Below, one piece after another: positions 58,142 through 64,000 of a stretch of DNA of 64,000 nt (its first letter is position 1; each line of letters starts with the position of its first letter). The translations under genes and the position numbers were made by a program. The notes beneath the pieces are model-generated. The model was not told the origin of the DNA. It did no database searches and saw only the letters and a list, made by a program, of their open reading frames with translations. Source of the stretch: Piedraia hortae CBS 480.64 (taxonomy: Eukaryota). The DNA lies in contig MU005972.1 in NCBI GenBank assembly GCA_010093745.1, positions 62,001 through 126,000 of the forward strand. The letters are read 5' to 3'.

Positions 58142-60983
58142 ATGAGCTTCAACAAAAAGGACGAGGATGATGCAGCCGTCGTCAAGGTTGACCGCACGTC
58201 GGTGTTCCAGGAGGGTAAGTGCTGTCGCTGTCCGCTTTGCGCCGCGCTCACCTTGTCCATCAGCCCGTGTCTTCAACACATCGGCCATATCACCCCGGAG
58301 ATGTCGCATTTTACTGACCAAGATTGCGCTGCTACTCTTTACGGGCGAGCGATTTCCAACCAACGAGGCTACGGATCTCTTCTTCGGCATCTCCAAGCTG
58401 TTCCAGAACAAGGACGCCGCCCTGCGCCAGATGGTGTATCTGGTTATCAAGGAGCTCAGCAAGGACGCGCAGGATGTGATCATGGTTACGAGCAGCATCA
58501 TGAAGGATACGGCCGTCAATAGCGACGTCCTCTACCGTGCCAACGCCATTCGGGCTCTGATCCGCATTATCGATGCCTCAACGGTGCCCTCAATTGAGCG
58601 CAGTATCAAGGCTGCTATTGTGGACAAGTCGCCGTCGGTGGCCTCTGCTACCTTGGTGTCGTCGTACCATCTGCTGCCCGTCGCCAGGGACATTGTAAGG
58701 CGATGGCAGAGCGAGACACAGGAGGCGGCCTCGTCGCAGAAGAGCGGCGGCGCTTTCTCTGGCTGGGGCTCAGCAGCTCAGCTACCCTTGGCCACCAACA
58801 GCATGACGCAGTACCATGCCATTGGCCTGCTCTATCAGATGCGTAGCCACGACCGCATGGCTCTAGTGAAGATGGTGCAGCAGTACTCCGTTGCCGGTGT
58901 TGTCAGGTCGCCTCCGGCCCGCATAATGCTTGTCCGCCTGGCCTCCAGGCTGGCCGAGGAAGAGCCTAATCTGCGGAAGCCGATGATGAAGCTGCTAGAC
59001 GAATGGCTTCGCGACAAGAGCGAAATGGTGAACATCGAGGCTGCCAAAGCCATCTGTGCCCTGCCCGACCTCACAAACGCCGATGTTTCGCAGGCAATCC
59101 ACGTGCTCCAACTCTTTCTTACTTCGCCCCGCCCCATTATCAAATTCGCCGCTATTCGTATCCTGCATTCCTTTGCCAATTTCATCCCCGCAGCCGTCAG
59201 TCCATGCAATCAAGACATTGAGACTCTTATCGGCAATTCTAATCGCAGCATTGCCACGTTTGCCATCACAACGCTGCTCAAGACGGGCAATGAGAGTTCG
59301 GTAGACCGGCTCATGAAGACCATCTCTACTTTCATGTCGGAGATTACAGACGAGTTCAAGGTGACGATAGTCGAGGCGATTCGTACCTTGTGTCTCAAGT
59401 TTCCCAACAAGCAAGCCGGTATGCTTTCGTTCCTGTCCAACATTCTTCGTGATGAGGGTGGCTACGACTTCAAAAGGGCAACAGTGGAGTCGATGTTTGA
59501 CCTTATCAAGTTTGTGCCAGAGAGCAAAGAAGACGCGCTGGCGCATCTGTGCGAGTTTATCGAAGACTGCGAGTTCACCAAGCTTGCTGTGCGCATCCTG
59601 CATTTCTTGGGGGTCGAGGGACCTCAAACTGCCAAGCCAACCAAATACATCCGTTACATATACAACCGCGTAGTGCTCGAGAATTCGATTGTGCGCGCAG
59701 CCGCCGTCACGGCGTTGGCCAAATTTGGCGTTGGACAGTCGGATCAGGATGTAAAGAAGAGCGTCGGTGTGCTACTGAAGCGCTGTCTAGACGACACGGA
59801 TGACGAGGTCAGGGACCGTGCAGCGCTTAACTTGCGACTGATGGGTGAGAACGATGACTTGGCCGTCCACTTTGTTCGAAACGGTATTTACCTTTTGCCC
59901 ATTGGTCATTGTGCAGATGCTGACGACTTAGATTCAATGTTTTCTCTACCCGTCCTGGAGGACCAGTTGGCACATTACGTCAACGGTGGCTCTGCTGAGG
60001 CATTTGCAAAACCTTTTGACCTGCAAAATGTGCCCGTGGTAACGCGAGAGCAGTCTCTGGCCGAGGACCGTACGCGGAAGCTTCACACTGCAACGCCAAT
60101 GCTCCAGGCGCCGTCTACAGGGCCGAAGAAGAGCAGCACAGTGACAGAAGCGGCAGAAGAAGCCTCAGCCGCCAATCAAAGGTATGCAAAGCAGCTACAG
60201 GCTGTGCCCGAGTTTGGCCCATATGGAAGCCTACTCAAGAGTTCTCCGGTAACGGAGCTTACCGAGAGCGAGACCGAGTACGTGGTGTCGGCTGTGAAGC
60301 ACATCTTCCAAGAGCACATCGTGCTACAGTTTGACATCAAGAACACGCTGGCGGATTACGTTTTGGCAGACGTCAGCGTGCTTTGCGTTGCCGAAGCCGG
60401 TGACGAGAGCAGCAGCGAGCTAGAAGAGGAGTTCATAATCCCGGCGCCCTTGCTGCGTCCTGATGAGCCCGGGACCGTTTTTGTTTCCCTTGCACGAGAT
60501 TCGGAGGCCTACACCGTGGCCAGCTTCACCAACACGCTCAAATTCACACTCAAAGAAATCGATCCAACCACATCGGAGCCAGAGGAGAGCGGATACGAAG
60601 ACGAGTACCAAGTTGAAGACTTGACACTTGCAGGGAGCGATTACGTCGTTCCGGCATTCGCAGGCAGCTTTGATGAAGTGTGGACCAGCCTAGAAGGCAG
60701 CGACGCGGCAGAAGAAACACTACAACTGGACAATGCCAGCGATATCAACGAAGCGGTGGAGATGCTGGTCAAGGCCTTGGGCATGCAGGCGTTGGAGGGC
60801 AGCGATGTTGCAATATCTACATCTACGCACGTGCTGAAGTTGTATGGAAAGAGTGTGGCGGGGGGTAAGGTTGCATCGATGGTGCGCATGGCGTATTCTG
60901 CCAAGTCTGGCGTTACGGTAAAGGTGAGTGTACGCAGTGAAGAAGCGGATTTGGCGGGGCTGGTGTTGGCGTCTATAGCCTAG
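58142..60983 (+). CDS. SEC21: Coatomer gamma subunit
   Basis: KVDRTSVFQE|ARVFN, LFFGISKLFQ, LCEFIEDCEF, LTESETEYVV; introns 58215-58263 and 59884-59931. Confidence 0.96.
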
Positions 60984-61703
60984 GATTGTCCTTAGAGTAT
61001 GAATCATCCTCACGTTGAGTTACGCTCCAATTTACTCGGCCTAGACACCGAAAAACATCTTTTACCATCGGTTGACAAGATGCGTACTGTGGTGGAGATA
61101 CTGAACACGCCAGGGTGGTACTGTCCATGGGGATGACCGTGACTGGAAAGCAAGGGGATCAACGGCAGTCACATGAACTTGGAGAGGTTAAGTTCAATTG
61201 ATCTATCGTGTGCTATGGTATGCATATAAACTCTCTATATGTGCGTGGCCCACATCAATGCCAAGCATAGTAAGACGTACACTCCAGCAGGAAGGAAGCA
61301 ATGTTGTTTACACTCGAAGTCAATGTACGGCGTTAGTTAGGAACAGATCCTGATGAATGACTTGGTTCTTTTTGTGTCAAGGCTTGAACTTTCCATGTGA
61401 GGGGGAAAAAAAAAAACAACAACACATGAAGCGGGAGAACTCTATCTTGGGCGGGTGTTGATATTCGAGATAGGCGACAGACAACGTTCTGCATGTCATT
61501 CAGGCCCTTTCCACTTGACGATTGCAAGTGGGCACAGACTGTTACGCTCGGCTCGTTCCGGCTGCATCTTACATTGCAGTGACGTATTGAGACATCACGT
61601 GAGTTAATTGACCGGAAACCAGGAAGTGGCCGGGCATGGGCGCTTTGTGTGGCCAACAAACCCTCCTTGATCAAACACACAACACAATGTGCAATCGCTA
61701 AGT

Positions 61704-64000
61704 ATGTCCAGACAAGACATCTCATTCAAGACGGTTCCGGGCCGCAACCGGACGCAAAAATGGTCGCAGGCCAAGACGTACAACTACGACGGCGACGACT
61801 GGGGCGGGTATGACGACGGCTACTATGAAGATGCCCCACAATTGGAGCGTCAGCGCAGTTTCGACGTGGGGCAAGAGGCGGAGCGACGGCAGTTTAGCGG
61901 GCCGCTGGCCGCTGACTCGATGGCGGCCGGCCCCGACGACGCCACGACTCGCGCTCCCGTTGTCATCCGACCGGCCGACATTTACAAGCGCATGGCGGCC
62001 GCCAACAGCGCGCGGGAAGACGCGGGGCAGCAGTCGAGCCAGCCCCAGCATGCGACGCTCTCGAGCCTCGCGTCGTCGACCTCCTCGCCGCCAGGCCCCC
62101 AACAGAACCTCCAGCAGACCCAACAAACCCAACAAACCCAACGCCTCCAAGCGGAACAAGCCCAACAACTCCCACGATCTCAGCAGCACCGCCAGCTGCC
62201 CCCCGTCAGCCGCATCTCCGGGTTCGGCACCGACTTTATCCAGAACAGCTCCCAGCCGGACAACCGCGATCGGGTGCAAAGCACGATAGCGCGCGTGATG
62301 AACGCACCTGTAGTGCGGACAGAGGCAGCGCTACAACAGAGGCCAAGCGGTACCAGCCAAGATCGCAATGCAGTCCTGCATTCAGCCTCAGAGGGCGGAG
62401 AGAACCCGATCTCGCGGGACGATTCGGCTACAAACCTGACGTCTAGCATTGGTCCAATGACTAGCCGCGATACCTCCACGACCCATTCACGGCTGGTTGA
62501 ACCCGTAGTGTCTCCAATCGCGGAAGAAGCCGCGCAGTCCCCTGGCCAAGGCGTGCAAGGATTCCGGCAGAACACGGAGCTGCCAGCCCACGAAGAGTCG
62601 CCTGCAAGGCCGCTTGAACATGAACAAATCGACAGTAGACGGCTGAACGGGCCAATGGCGACCGAGAGGGTCGAACAGCCCGGCTATGGCGGCCGCGGCC
62701 GGCCGGACTACGACGGCGTCCAGGCGGATCGCGGCATTCGCCAAGCCAATGTAACCTCCAGATCGCCTCCAGAAGAGACCGACCGACAGCAGCCGTTGAC
62801 TCGTGTCCAGTCCGTGACGCCCACACCTCCTGGTGCAGGGCTGGGCGCCCCTCGGTCAGGCACGGCCAATGAGCGCAACAGTCCGGTGCGAACAAACCGT
62901 GTGCGGGCAATCGCCGAAAACTACAACTTGATTGAGGCGGCGTCGAACCGCAACAGCAATACCAGTCTCGCCTCGTGGCGGTCTGGCAAGAACAGCGTGC
63001 GCGGGTCAGAGGAGAACCTGTCGTTGAAGAAGAAGAACACGGGGCTGAGCATTGAAAGCCGCAAGTCGACGCTAGAAGATGCCGAGCGACGGCTGACGCT
63101 CGATACGCAGCCCAGCCAGGCCAGTTTCCGGCCCCATTTGCCTGGCGAGTGGATCAGCACCGCTCCCACTCCGGTAAGCGAGTCGCCCACGAAAGCGTCA
63201 GCTTCCACGCCCTCGGCATCTCCTTCACACCTCGCTCAGGCCGCATCACGCTTTCCGCGACCTTCTTCACGCTCTCCGAAGAGGAACGAGACGTTGCCGC
63301 AGGCTGCGTCGCCCGAGCGCACCCCAAAGGCTGCCGATTCCGGAGTGCAGGCCAAGGGCGCTCTTGATCAGGTCAAGGACGCCGGCACAGCTCTTGGGGC
63401 GTCTCTCATGGCCACTGCCGGCCTGTCCAGCGTTGCTCGTGACTTTGCCTCTAACCAGCCAACACAGCAGCCGGAGCAGCCGGACATGAGAGCCAAACGA
63501 ACGACGGGAGATGTTGCTCAGATTCGTCCGGCTGCTGTTCGTTGGGAGAGTGAGGCTCCGAGCAGCGTTGCCAACTCCATTCCCCCAAGTCCCACGCCCC
63601 CACAACGGCCAGCAGAGACCAGAGCGCAGTCAGGATACTTCGCCGACGTCGTGCAGCCCCTCCACACCAGCCGTCCAGATTCTGACCTGCAGGAGGTTCA
63701 GCCAAAGTCTCGCAGCGTGTCAAACCTCAGCGATGATGTCCTTGATCAAGACTTTGAGAGCGATCGACTTAGAAAAGAGATTGTTGCCAGTCTGGACCCT
63801 TTCAAGGCGCAGGACGACATCTATCGCACGCAAGACGCTCTTGACGCTCCAGACAACGCTGCTCGTGTTGCGCGCGGAGAAGAACCGCTTCCGGGAGCCG
63901 AGATAGCCGGGCAGTCGAACCGGCGGTTCAGTTGGGAAGGTCAGGAGACGCCAGGTGTGCTGCCAGTGGAACATTCGGTTCAGCAGCCAGTCGGGCAGCG
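61704..64000 (+). CDS. Large low-complexity fungal protein of unknown function (3' partial; absent from the ORF track, probably because it has no stop in the window)
   Basis: MSRQDISFKTVPGRNRTQKWSQAKTYNYDGDDWGG, IRPADIYKRM, FRPHLPGEWIS, SDRLRKEIVASL, RRFSWE. Confidence 0.8.
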   Translation, partial: MSRQDISFKTVPGRNRTQKWSQAKTYNYDGDDWGGYDDGYYEDAPQLERQRSFDVGQEAERRQFSGPLAADSMAAGPDDATTRAPVVIRPADIYKRMAAANSAREDAGQQSSQPQHATLSSLASSTSSPPGPQQNLQQTQQTQQTQRLQAEQAQQLPRSQQHRQLPPVSRISGFGTDFIQNSSQPDNRDRVQSTIARVMNAPVVRTEAALQQRPSGTSQDRNAVLHSASEGGENPISRDDSATNLTSSIGPMTSRDTSTTHSRLVEPVVSPIAEEAAQSPGQGVQGFRQNTELPAHEESPARPLEHEQIDSRRLNGPMATERVEQPGYGGRGRPDYDGVQADRGIRQANVTSRSPPEETDRQQPLTRVQSVTPTPPGAGLGAPRSGTANERNSPVRTNRVRAIAENYNLIEAASNRNSNTSLASWRSGKNSVRGSEENLSLKKKNTGLSIESRKSTLEDAERRLTLDTQPSQASFRPHLPGEWISTAPTPVSESPTKASASTPSASPSHLAQAASRFPRPSSRSPKRNETLPQAASPERTPKAADSGVQAKGALDQVKDAGTALGASLMATAGLSSVARDFASNQPTQQPEQPDMRAKRTTGDVAQIRPAAVRWESEAPSSVANSIPPSPTPPQRPAETRAQSGYFADVVQPLHTSRPDSDLQEVQPKSRSVSNLSDDVLDQDFESDRLRKEIVASLDPFKAQDDIYRTQDALDAPDNAARVARGEEPLPGAEIAGQSNRRFSWEGQETPGVLPVEHSVQQPVGQ

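Overview
Gene-dense window of a compact filamentous-ascomycete (Pezizomycotina) genome: about 31 intact protein-coding genes, introns of roughly 44-56 nt, and intergenic gaps often under 200 bp. No rRNA, tRNA, CRISPR or transposon was recognised. Most genes are housekeeping (HOM2, katG, IPI3, DPS1, APN2, APC5, CAB2, SSZ1, acuM/RDS2, RGD1, ERF2, ELP6, ASH1-like, RRP40, MAG2, PLP2, SEC21). There is also a cellular RNAi RdRP and the two carotenoid genes carB and carRA, 26 kb apart. Main result: genes that flank the mating-type locus in other Pezizomycotina (APN2, APC5, a YLR456W-like 'ORF1' and a RhoGAP) lie within 12 kb of each other, yet I see no alpha-box or HMG-box MAT gene. Instead, the apparently empty gap at 31.5-32.7 kb holds a spliced reading frame of about 300 codons that resembles the auxiliary mating-type gene MAT1-1-4/MAT1-1-7. 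It keeps its frame and plausible splice sites but carries 5-7 in-frame TGA/TAG stops and no TAA, so it is either a mating-type relic or a gene needing editing or readthrough. Family assignments come from motif recognition only; no database search was run.
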